Positions 9,980 to 21,300 of a DNA stretch of 64,000 bases are shown piece after piece. Position numbers and translations under genes: made by a program. Source of the stretch: Haplodiscus bocki (taxonomy: Eukaryota); the NCBI GenBank assembly GCA_965655095.1, contig OZ296649.1:63860001-63924000 (forward strand), read 5' to 3'. Numbering within the stretch: the first letter of the stretch is position 1; every line of letters starts with the position of its first letter. The notes beneath the pieces were generated by a model. The model worked only from the letters and a program-made list of their open reading frames with translations. It was not told the DNA's origin and made no database searches.

Positions 9980-10159
9980 TAAAAATTGTTGATTGTTTTC
10001 TTGATGGTCGTGGTAATTATGAAAGTAAATCAGTACCTTTAAAAAAATCTTTATAACAAACAAAAGTTTTTGTTAAAGTTAACAAGAGTAATGAGTTTTC
10101 CCGAAGAATTCAAAATGCTAGTTGAAAATGAAATTCCGAAGCAAAAAATTTCAAGTTTT

Positions 10160-10810
10160 GTCAGATTCTAAAACAAAATTTCTACAACGTGTCAGATTTT
10201 AAATTAATTTTTTCACAACGCGTCAGATTTTGAATTTAAGACTTTAAAACGCGTCAGATTTCGAAGAAAAATATATTTTTTAAAAGTATGATATTGACGA
10301 AAAAATTAGTTTTAAAAAACACGAATTCGAAGAAAAATCTCTTTTTAAAATGCAGCTTTCGGAAAAAAAAAGATTTTAAATTGCAGTGTTTGCGGAAAAA
10401 TTTTGCACACAAAAAAATCAGGCTTTGATTCCATTTAGCAAGTAAAATAGAATGCACAAAATTTGACGAGAAATTTTTTTCTAAAGAGCATGACTTTGAG
10501 TGAAAAAGTTGTTGTAAAACGCATGATTTTCATTTAAAAATTTATCGTCTTGTCAGATTTTGAAGTGAAATGTTTTCGCCTTGTCACGTTTCCAATTAAC
10601 GTTTTTTCGTCTAGTCAGATTTTGAAACAAAATTTTTTTCGCCTTGTCAGATTTTGAATTAAATTCATTTCGTCTGGTCACATTTTGAGTAAAATTTTTT
10701 CGCCTTGTCAGATTTTATATTAAAATTTCTTCCCCTTGTCAGATTTCGTATCAAGTTTTTTAAAACGTATAAGCTTTGGAATCAAAAAGTTTACAACGCG
10801 TCAGATTTTC
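10160..10810. repeat. 31-bp minisatellite inside the Polinton
   Basis: Core GTCAGATTTT(GAA) or variants at 10160, 10191, 10222, 10253, 10552, 10583, 10614, 10646, 10677, 10707, 10738 and 10800, with more degenerate units between. About 21 units. Confidence 0.85.
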
Positions 10811-10825
10811 AAGAGGAACAATTTA

Positions 10826-11085
10826 CCTAGGTCCACCACATGTACCTTTCATATCGATTTCCTCCATATAATCATGTTCAGTTACAGGCTACAATAGCTT
10901 CGCCAACTACATAATAGTATTCGCCACCGTTCAAGCAATACTTCTTGTACTCTTTTCGCAAGGACTTTCACTTTTGATTTTGCTATGGTGTCCCATTTTT
11001 TCTCTGAATTTACTTGATATATGCAAAAACCAGTTGCTGCTAATCGTAAAGCTGCAACAAATAATACAGTTTTCTTCTCACACAT
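10826..11085 (-). pseudogene. Orphan Polinton ORF
   Basis: MCEKKTVLFVAALRLAATGFCIYQ... continues past one stop to ~10826. No recognisable motif. Confidence 0.3.
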
Positions 11086-11167
11086 GTGTGACTAGTTTTT
11101 GAAAAAGGATATGAAAAATTGAGACAAACTAATTATAATTCATATCAAAACACAAACACGGTAATAC

Positions 11168-11829
11168 TTATCTAAACAAGTTTCTATAAACATAATCGGG
11201 TACATTTTCTAATCTTGCTCCAAAAGCGCGAAATCTGTGCCGCCTGGGAGGTTCCATGGGTCCGACAGGCACGCGGGTTAACGGCGCAGGAGGAGATTTC
11301 TCCTTGTCTTCCTCTTCGTCCAACACCATTGGGGTTTCAAATGATCCCCCATCCCCCCATCGATAAATCATCAAATGTAGTTGGAGAAAAGGGAGTGTCT
11401 ATGACTGGTCTGAACACTGCGTCCATGTCCAATTGAGAATTTTCCCAGTTGAACACTCTGTCTTCGATACTTGTTTGCTGCTAGTGTGCAAGACTTGAGC
11501 CCCACACTGGAGAGTACTTCGTCTCTCATCTCTATTGTTCCTTCTTGGTTCTGAGTGATTGAGACCCGTGCCAGATGTTTATCCAAGAAATCTTGCCTTT
11601 GAGACAACAGCAAGTTCCACGTAGCTAGGAGTTTTTCTTGTGAGCTGATTGTTATATTTTGAGCGAGATCATTTACTGTAATAGTACCGAAGTCGGGACC
11701 AAAACTGAGAGTCCACTGGATTCCGTCGTTGGAGACTGAGAAGATAATCATTTTCTGTAAGTCGACTGTAAGTTGATAAAATTTTACTGGTTCACAGTAG
11801 ATTGAAATTGAATAAAAATGGTCTGACAA
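11168..11829 (-). pseudogene. Orphan Polinton ORF with acidic/Pro-rich C-terminus
   Basis: ORFs 11371-11829 and 11168-11374 look like frameshifted halves of one gene (…ETPMVLDEEEDKEKSPPAP…). Confidence 0.4.
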
Positions 11830-11874
11830 ATGAATTTGTCGCTCAAATCATGAGCCATTAGGAAACGGACAAGT

Positions 11875-12583
11875 TTATTCCATATTTGGACTCATTTTAG
11901 CCTTTCTGGTGCGGGTGGCTGTGATTGGCGGGAAATTGTTCTCCTTCGTTTTGTCTTCATATGTCACAATTGCTCCTAAAAATGTCACACTTGTAAGCAA
12001 CAGAAAATCGATTCCTGTAGAGATGCTTGATTTTGCGGTAACCCAGGTTGAAAATTGATGTAAGAATAATTGATTACCGTAATGTTCAAACTTTTTGACA
12101 GAAAGACGCAAACCTTGTTCTTTTCAAACCGGAACGATAATCTAATTTGTCTGTTTAAATTCTCTCAGCTATATCCTTGTAACACTGAGTGTACAGTTCG
12201 TCTTTTGCTTTTGTAAATCCAATCTTAAATTTAAGTCTGGGTAATGGAATCTGCGATACTTTGTTGGTTTGATGGAATGCTCTGAGAAATTCACCCAAAT
12301 TGTCGAGTCGAGACTCAGTTTCCTTTTTGGAATTGCTGACTTTCTCCTTCAGAATGAATTGCTGCTGCAACTTTGAATCGCAAAAATGAAACAAGTTCAA
12401 TGCAAAAGACTTTTTGTTGGATCCTTTGCTAACTTGAAATATTCGGTGGTGGGACTGTGAAATGTCCGAAACTTTGTGACAAAAGTAATTATCCACGTCT
12501 GTTTCGTCCAAAAAATCTTCCGGTTTTTCTTCGTATGCTGAATAAAATTTGCACAAACTGGAAATTTGCTTTTTGGTAGACAT
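11875..12583 (-). pseudogene. Second putative tandem PC4-like protein
   Basis: MSTKKQISS...FALNLFHFCD..QQQFILKEKVSNSKKE...RQIRLSFRFEKNK..SVKKFEHYGNQ. Same two-unit organisation as 8625-9205; frameshifted. Confidence 0.35.
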
Positions 12584-12699
12584 TAACTGATTATAAATGA
12601 AAACAAATTGTAAAATGAAAAAAAAGAGTATTCTAGCGGTAAAAGTTTTGCTCACTTTGCTGGTGAACACTAAAATATTCGAGAACAATCCAATGAACA

Positions 12700-13250
12700 G
12701 TGATATAAGCTTTAAACCACTGCGCTAATTGTGTGTATATATAAAAATCATAATGTACTCCTTTTATGGGTCTCATTAACACGTGAGAATAAGATACTGT
12801 TGTTTTACTTGATTACTTTTTGCAGTCAGAGCAACTATTTAGCAGGGAAACTTGTTCCACTTGATTAAATTTCTCAGACAGTCTGTCTACTTGTCAAGGG
12901 GAATTGTTCCACTTGAGTTAATTTCTCAGACAGTGTGTCTACTTATCGGGGTACTTGTTTACTTTTCTCAGACAAACTGTCGCCGTGTCGGAGGATTTAA
13001 GGCTACTTAATTACGTTGTTAGACGTTACGTCTAAACATAAAACGAGTGACTGACAGCTCCTTTTATGGTTGGCATTTCCTTTTATGGGAGGTTTCCTTT
13101 TATGGTCTTTCTGTATATGCTACAAGGTAAGAACCATTTAATTGTTACAATTTAACCACCATTATTTTTCTTGCATTGCCAGAGTCAAGTTGGTTAAAAC
13201 TTTACCTTTTCAGATTATTCTGCTTTGGAGGTATTGTTAAAAATCTCTAA
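12700..13250. promoter_or_regulatory. Divergent promoter region between the structural/accessory block and pPolB
   Basis: Four exact CCTTTTATGG copies (12760, 13060, 13079, 13096), three TTTCTCAGACA repeats (~12871, 12922, 12964) and a TATATAAAA tract near 12738. Confidence 0.55.
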
Positions 13251-13255
13251 CAAGG

Positions 13256-14380
13256 CCTGCTTTGGATCGAAATGTTAAAGTTATTTGTGGAAATTGTGGA
13301 ACTTTAGTAACGAAGAAAAATCTATCTCAACACAAATCGAGCTGCAGTGGTGGAACATTGGATTATCCAAAATTTCCCAATTTCTCTACTAAACGGAGAG
13401 ATGATTTAAATTATATTATTTGCCAAAAAACACAGAGTTCCAAGACCTTCGATAACATACAAGTGTAAACTATGTCACGGCTTCTATGCTTTACGTCAAC
13501 ACAAAAGCACTCAACATGGAACACCAATTGGATTCGGAGCGAGCAATATTGATGTTGAAGACATGGTGGGAGAAGTTACGAGAGGAGTGTTTGAGAGAAG
13601 AATTGGAATCTTGCAAACACTTTTTGACAGAAACTGAAATGGAGAATGAAAAACACAGTCTTTAACTTTGCCATGTCATCCTTCGACATGTCTTTACTCA
13701 ACGATAAACTGGATTATGTATTCAAAGAACTGAAATGTGCTGCAAAAATTAACCTTGCATTTAGATTCGTTCTGAAAAACATTGAGGATGGAATGTGTAG
13801 ATACTTTTACGCTCGCGAGAACAATACTAATATGGAAAGGTCGAAACTTGTGTGACTGACCTGAAAAACATAATGCAGAAAATGGATATTGCTGGTCTTT
13901 GTACCCGAGAAAGAACGAATACAGAAAGGAAGTTTTACAAACTTAAAAATTTAAACAATTTTTGCTTCTTTACTCAAATATGTAACCATGGGTTGTCAAG
14001 ATACAGTCTCACCTGAACCACTTTTGTTAGAAAACCATATTGTGCCTTACTTTTGAGGGAAATACGAGACAACCCTACAATGACAGTCTCTGTTTGTCTA
14101 GAGCATTTGGTCTACATTTGCATGGTAACGAAAACTGGAGGAGAAGACTTCGAAAAAATTCAACCTTTTTCCTCAATAACAGTGAGGAGGGAGACCTTTC
14201 AAAAATTCACTGTGTTCGTTTGAATGACATTACAAAAGTTGAAGACTTCTTGCAGCTCAACATATTCCTATATGAAATTGATTTTGTAGATGGAGAACTG
14301 ATTGGTGGGCTCTGTCGAAGAAGTATTCAAAAGTATGAAAAAAGTGTCAAGCTTTTACGCTACAACAATCACATTTGCCA
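13256..14380 (+). pseudogene. N-terminal part of protein-primed DNA polymerase B (zinc fingers, terminal-protein-like region, vOTU-like domain), truncated
   Basis: CGNC..HKSSC, a degenerate second finger and CKLC...HKSTQH; then KINLAFRFVLKNIEDGMCRYFYA; then YNDSLCL.RA and LLRYNNHIC (D-x-x-C...H pattern). Position and orientation fit pPolB. No exonuclease or polymerase motifs are present because of the truncation. Confidence 0.7.
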
Positions 14381-14872
14381 TGGGATCTTAGGTCACAGAA
14401 GTGCAACAAAGTAACACTTGCCCTCTGAAATAAAATCTGGGTTTTCAGTTAATTTCGCCAATTGTTTTCGCCAATTAATTTCAAACAAACCGCGTTTTTT
14501 GCACGGAAACTGGCTCAAAAAACGTTAAGCTAACTTTATCATAGGACTGGGCTCAATTGAATGGTTTGCCATCAAAGAACCTAAGAACATTAGCATTCGC
14601 AAGTTGACTGTACAGACAGGACTCAAAATTTTAGACTTCGGCGTCTGAAAGATCTGAAAATTGAATTTTTTTTTGCCAATAACTCGCCGAAAAAAAATGG
14701 GGGGCCGAAAATTTGGAATATCTCGGATCGCAAACCCTTCGTACTGTTTTTACAACAGTTCGATAAACCCGGCCAACTATTGAAAAGAAAATTAGATTCA
14801 AAGAGTTGAAACACAGAGGGATGTCACGGGCGTGGATAAAAAACGAAATCATTTTGACAAGTCTTGTGCGAA
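14379..14872 (+). repeat. Dispersed repeat, copy 1 (abuts the pPolB breakpoint)
   Basis: Shares GCAACAAAGTAA.ACTTGCCCTCTGAAA and AGAAAATTAGATT..AAGAGTTGAAAC.CAGAGGGATG...ATCATTTTGAC with 15868-16135. Confidence 0.7.
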
Positions 14873-15867
14873 CAGAATTACATGGTCGCTGAAGTGCTTA
14901 CCGCAAGGCTCGCGAAAGAACTCAAACGCTTGAATACGTTGTTGATCACATGTCTATGCAATGCCAGAGAGCATGTACCAAATTCCGGAGAGATTAGGAA
15001 GAGAACAACCAGGAGTTAACGGCGGAGGTTTAAGATAACTATCCTTTTTTCAAACATAATTTAGAAAGAAAAATGCTTATCTCAGAAGTCATTGAAAGCC
15101 GGCCGTTGTTTGGCAAATATCATTTCAGAGCAACAAAGTTCCAGACGTTGAAAAGTATGCCTTTAAAAAGTGCGAATCTGGAAACAAAAATTCTTCCAAG
15201 AAAGCCGTGTTTTCTCGCTAAAAATTATCAAAAAACTCCATTGAAAGATGTTTAACGCAACCCCAAGGTCACGTGGGCACTCAGAAGATGCTGAGGGAAT
15301 TTACGAAACACACGCTTGAGGCAATTTTTCTGTTGATGGAAGCCACAGTAAATTTATCGCACAGGGCAAAAAGGATTGAAAAAAAATTACTGTACACATG
15401 GAGTACTTCGGCCACACCACCTATCTACAACCGAGCGAACTCTTAAAAGCCGGCGACTGCTTCTCCAGGCAATCCGATGGATGTCACCAAGCCCATTTTA
15501 GTTTCATTAATTGTACAGCAGAATGAAAATTGTTTGGAAGAGTTGACAAGTTCTAAAGAACTCTTTGTTTTGTCAGCTTTTGGCAAAAAATCCATGAGAA
15601 AATTCCACTCGGAGTCAAAACTTGCATCAATACTCACTGTTGTACACGTTGCTTAATCTGCATCTCAATTTAAGTGATACGCGTCCTTCTGAGGCACGGT
15701 TAGCGCGCTAAACTTTAGATAATGCAAAAATTTATTTGAAAACTCAAGTTTTTTCAGAAAATTTTCGGACAAACTTTTGTTGAAAAATCAGAAAAACTTT
15801 TGGCTAAAAACTAAATGCAACAGACGCTTCATAGTTCATAGTCTAACTAGCGTTGGGATCCCATACA

Positions 15868-16135
15868 TGGGAAAATAGTCCAAAGAAAAGCAACAAAGTA
15901 AGACTTGCCCTCTGAAAAAATCTCGGTTTCCAATTGTTTTCGACAGAAACTCTCCGGCGGAAATTTTTTGGCTGCCGATAGTTTGGAATATGATAGGTCG
16001 TGAACCCGTCGTAGTTTTTATATTAAAATCGGATGAATCCGAGGTGGCGAGAAAATTAGATTTGAAGAGTTGAAACGCAGAGGGATGCCATGGACGAGAA
16101 AAAACGATATCATTTTGACGTGTCCCCGTGCGAAA
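15868..16135 (+). repeat. Dispersed repeat, copy 2 (internally shorter)
   Basis: Direct similarity to 14379-14872. Confidence 0.7.
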
Positions 16136-17419
16136 GCGAAAAGGTTCCGCTTCGCTCGCCTAAAAAAGCAAAAGCAAAGACTAAAAAGTGGCACGAAAAA
16201 ATACAGGGAGCTGTAACACTAGGCAAATAAAGTTCCATCTTCCCCGCAAAAAAAATGTGACTTCCGTAGTGACCGATATTTCGCAGTACAAGACAAAAAA
16301 AAAGACTCAGATTCTGTCTGAAAAATCAGAGTCCCAAAAATTTCAAAAAAACCCTTCAAACCCTTCTAGTAAAGTGGAAAGGCAAAGAGCCTCCCAATAA
16401 TTAGAGAATCACCAGAAAATTAGAGGATTTTATGAAACACAAAAACTGATTGAAAACTGCCGTTCTTCACTTTCAAATTTGCTAGCATCTCCATATGCAA
16501 GTATCGATGTGAAATCAACTCTTGGAGCAAACGTTCAACTGCTGCTCAGTTGGATGAAAATCTGTTGAGAGCAACTGACAAAAACTTTTTCTTTTTCCGA
16601 GAAGAGATTTCTGATGAGAGCCTCATTCTGCAAACTTATTGTTTCTCCAAATCTATGCATTGAGAAATCAGTTTATTTCGTCAGTTGGTCGGTCATAATT
16701 CAGCGGCAAATTATCGTTTGCCAGAAAGAAACTAGCAGATAACCCTTCACTTAAATTGAGAACTTCTGCACACTTTTCCGTGATTTCGGAATTTGGAGGC
16801 AACCCATACTGGCAATCCATCTATTTTGGTACGCTCTTTTTGAAAACATTCAATTTAGTTCGTTGTCCGGATGATGCTTTTTTACACATTTCATAGGAAA
16901 ACTTAAGAGATCAAAAACAAATAGATTTTGGACTTTGTGAACTTTCATGTTGAAAAAACAATGAAATACGCAATAAACTGCACCCCTCCCAAAAATAAAT
17001 CTAACCATATCCTTCTGTTGTTTGAGGTTTGAGGATTGGCAACAAGCTATTGTAGCTAGTGCCACCGTATACTATGACGCCAAAATGAACGATTCAATGT
17101 GGGAGTTAGAGTACACTGGAAGCAAATTCTTGGATAAGTATCGTCGAAATTTATAGGGAATATTTAATTATGCAGCTACTTTTTTTTAACTCTGTTGATT
17201 TGATTTTTAAAGTTAAGCACTTTATCCAGTTGCTTTCCCAGATAGTTGAATACAATTTCAATGCCAAGAAAAAATTGTTAAACTTCCTTGGGATATTTCA
17301 TTTTATATTATCGAAAAAAAAAGAATTTTTTGAGCAATTTGTGGTAAGTTATTCCTGTTTAACCAGCGTCTCAGGTTGTTCAACTCATCGGTAATCATCG
17401 CCTGATTATTGCCACTGAC

Positions 17420-17900
17420 AAAAATAGGAGTGGTATCATCAGCGAACAAAAGGGGTTCAAAATAAACGCAAATGCTTTGAAGCCTTCTAATGTGAGTAGC
17501 AAAAAGAAGAGGTCAAAAAACATGGAAAAAAGCGGTAAGATGCACTGAAAAAATGTCCTTGATTAACCTAAGCCCAGTACCCGCGATTAATCAATTAGCT
17601 TTTAAAGTCACTGACTTTGTCTGGCAATCATTTTATGTGAAATTTTTCAAATAAAACGTGATCGTTTAGGTTAGAAGATGTCTTCAAATCCAAGAAGAAA
17701 GTAAGGCAAGAAATATCAAACCAGAAAGTCAAACTTTTTGCCTGATTTTTCTTGTGGCAACTGTAGTACGTTTCGGTTTGAAACCGAACTGGTCTTCGTA
17801 ATGGATATCAAACTGCTCCAAGAACTCAAAACACGGGAAAATTTTGACGTCACTGGAATTTTGTTTGGTGAGGCCGATAACGAAACAAGCAGGTAGCACC
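17420..17900 (-). mobile_element. Non-LTR retrotransposon (CR1/L2-like) reverse-transcriptase relic
   Basis: Ordered degenerate motifs on the minus strand: YRP, QFGFKPKRTT, FFLDLK...DH, PLLF and PLLFADDT (17434-17446). Confidence 0.75.
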
Positions 17901-18049
17901 AAGGCTCAAATTTATTACCATCTTGGTAATGTCAGGAATGTTGTCAAAACCAAATGAAAGCTTGGGTTTCAACATTTAGAAAATGCTTTGTATATAAGTA
18001 CGAAATACTGAACAAGACGGCCGGTCACCACTGGCATATTTTCCGCCCT

Positions 18050-18345
18050 AACTTTGTTGATTATACCTTTTAGAAGGATGAAAGCGTTTTACCGAAAGAA
18101 AATTATCTTATGCAAAATAAAGATAAACTTTCCAAATTCAAATCATTTCTGATTTCCTCAAAAAATCTTTAATTCAAGCGAAAAAAAAATTTGAAGCAAT
18201 TTCAATTGATAAGCATTCTACAGCAAATTTAGGGACTTTACTACATTTGAAAAAAAATTTTCTGTAAAAAATAATTTCTTTAAAAAAATCTAAATTTTGA
18301 GAATTCTTAGTAATTCAGTCCCATTGTACGGAAAATTTGATCTAA
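18050..18345 (+). repeat. Dispersed AT-rich repeat related to 38550-39420
   Basis: Shared GCATTCTAC..AAATTT and TTTTGAGAA.T.TTA.TA.T..AGT..CATT.TAC blocks. Confidence 0.55.
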
Positions 18346-21300
18346 TTCGGTAATCAAGAACTTTCACGATCAGAACATGCGACACCTCCATCGGAAATTA
18401 TCCATTGACATAAACGTTCAAAAAAATGTTCCATGTCAATGTTTTGAGTGGATGATTTTCCTTCCATATTATAAATTTGAGCATAAAATAAAAAAGCCAG
18501 CTTGAAAGTTTCTTTTTCAAATAGGTAGCGTGAGCCATTTATTCGCACCAATAGCTGCTAATTCCCTCAATGTTCTGAAAATTCTTAATCTTAAATAAAA
18601 CATATAACCTCAAAATTAACAATTGAAAGAGCGCATTCTGGTGATTTGAATGACCAAAATTTTCAAGTACTGAAAAAAATCTCGTTGGAGATGAAAGAAA
18701 AAGAGATGACATCCTGTAACATTTTGATATTTTTGCCTTCGGTTTTTGTTAAAATTGTGTTTCAGAATAAACGGAAAAATACATTACAGCAACTGTAAAT
18801 TGACTTCCCAGTTTCAAAACTTTAATAGAAACATATAATAATATCTGCCTGGAGAAGCCGTTTTTATGAGAATTTACCATTATAATTACAGTTGCAAGTT
18901 ACAGCAATTTTCTAAACTTTTTCTAAAATCAAAATATCTTGTTTTGTCCCAAACAAAACAACCTTTTCCAAATAACATTACGTTTGTGACACTTTTAAAG
19001 AACTGATACTAGCTTTCTACGGTAGTTTTGATGCTTTTTGGTAGTGAAAATACTTCAAAGTCAGAAAGTGCACGATTTTCGATTTCTTGCGTTTGGCCTG
19101 ATTTTAAGAAAGGACGCGATATATGGAAGATTTTCCTCCATTCTTCGAACACAGCTAAAAAAGAAAAAAGACATTTAGACCTGAAAGAGACAAAAAAACA
19201 AGTTTTGGATCTCTGGATTTGCTTTTGCTTCGGTTTAAGAGGGTTCAATTTTCAATGCAGGACTTCTTAGAAGCGTATGAAAAGTCTTTGCATTTCAAGG
19301 AAAATAAGCAAGTTTTGCCTTGTTCGCAATTGTGAAAATGTGAAAATGAGACCTCCGTTTTAAGACAACTTTGACTTGATCTAACCATAACAAAACGAGC
19401 CACTCCTAAATATCGTGAAGTGTTCGGGGCAACACAAGAGCATTTGACATCAATTAACATTAAGGAAAACAGGGAAAACATCAAAAACTACTCGATTTTA
19501 GCCAAATTGAAAAAAACTAAACCGTGACAACCCAGCCTTCAACCGAGTTTGAACTTGCTTTAGTACAATCGAAAAAGACCTATATGACGGTCTAACAGCT
19601 CTCAGTTTCCTCTCTCCGAAGAAAAACAAATCAACTCTCTACTCTCTGTAACTCCAAAACGGTATGGCATTACAGCTGCAGCTTGAAGAGAACCAAGCAT
19701 TGTTTAATCAAATCATAAAAGATAGTTAGAAATGAAGAGAAAGATAGATAGAGAAGGTGTGGTGCTGCGCATGGTTTTGTCGACATTGTTTTTTTGGAAA
19801 ACATTTATCAGAAAGGCTTGCTTTCGTTAACTTTATCACAAAGGTTTGCTTTCCGTTAACTTTATCACAACTTTTGCCATGTCTATAACCTTAAATATTT
19901 ACAGGCCCCTTTACCAACACCCTGTTTTTTGTTCAAGCTAGACGAAAGAAATTTATTCAAAGCAGCTTGGGGGTGTGCCATAGGTTCTAGGATTACTTCG
20001 AATATTTTTCTTTGGGAAAAGCACGGAAAAATGCTGTAGGTTGGAACTTCACGTTCTTTTTGCCAGCTACAAAATAATACATCACGACAGCAAATCATTC
20101 AACTGAGACACAGAATTGCTTGTGAACAACAAATAATCACAACCGTTCATTCGGTCTCTTGAGGCTTCAGTTTGATTTTTGGGAGGTTCTAAAGAAAACA
20201 TGAAAAACTTTGGGTAAAAAGTGCTTGCATTTTTTCCCTATCCAATCATTAGCTACCGCATATCAGTTCCTTTGGCACATGAAATCTGTCAAGACAGCAA
20301 AAAAAACCAAAACGGTTTGGGACACAGTGGGGCAACCAAGACGTTTTAACAGCCTTTCATTGTTTTCCAATTTTCATGAAGGAATGCAAAGGAATTTATG
20401 ACTCTTACCTCCTCTTCGACATATTCGAAAAAGCATAGTAGCATAGCAAATAACCTTTCAACAAAGGTAAACGTTTCTGGTAAAATATCAAAAGCACATT
20501 TTGAACCATTTTTTATGTTTTGTGAGTAATCTCCTTGTTTTGCTGGAATTTTTCAAAGGAAAGAAGAAAAAAAGAAAAAAAGCATGAATTTTCCAGAAAA
20601 TTGTTTCACGTTGACACCTCTCCAACCAAGAACAATATGACTTTGGTTCAGAAAAAACTCTATTCGCGTTGGAAACAGGCAAAAACTTTCAAAGCGTAGG
20701 CATAAGAGATAGGCAAGCCGATCCAGGAAAATTTATTGTAAACATTACAAAAAACATTGAAAAATAAATGTCTTTCTTCCAACTGGGTCCTTCAAAAGTG
20801 ACTAGCAGGACACCTGATGCTTGAGTTGCTGTTGATTTTGCTTGAGCGTAGTCATAAAAGCACTTATAGCACGTGCATGTTTTCTTGCTTCTGTTTCTAT
20901 TCCGTCGACAGAAAATAAGAAAAAACTAAAAATTTTTTGAACAATGTCAAAACGTTGCCATCTTAGTGAACGTAAAAATTTTTCGCTCGCTTTTCATCCC
21001 ATTGAATAAGTGTCCCAACAGCAGAGAAAGATAAAGTTTCTCAACAACATGAGATGTGCTAGACAATCTAGCATCATTGACTGACCTTTTAAATGGTTAA
21101 AACGATATCGATTGCGACATTTACTTTTTTGCTGATTCTAAACGGCACTTCATAACAACTAAGCGTCTAACATGGCCCAATTTATTTCTCTTTTTCTAAC
21201 TTAAAGGCTGTTTTCAAGTCAATCGAGATTAATTTTCGTTCTCGTTGCTTTTTCTGTGCGAACATGATTTTTCACTCAAGTCTGCCACTGACTTGCGCTA

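Larger units (their letters stand above)
1957..14380. mobile_element. Polinton/Maverick (adintovirus-like) endogenous element, decayed and truncated on the right
   Basis: Co-linear PRO, MCP, mCP, rve integrase, packaging ATPase and pPolB N-terminus; AGTAGT terminus at 1957; abutting or overlapping stop/start codons; many in-frame stops and frameshifts. Confidence 0.93.

Noticed and set aside
10160-10810. CRISPR-like regularly spaced repeats
   Set aside because: Units are contiguous 31-bp degenerate tandem copies without unique spacers. No cas genes are present and the context is eukaryotic.
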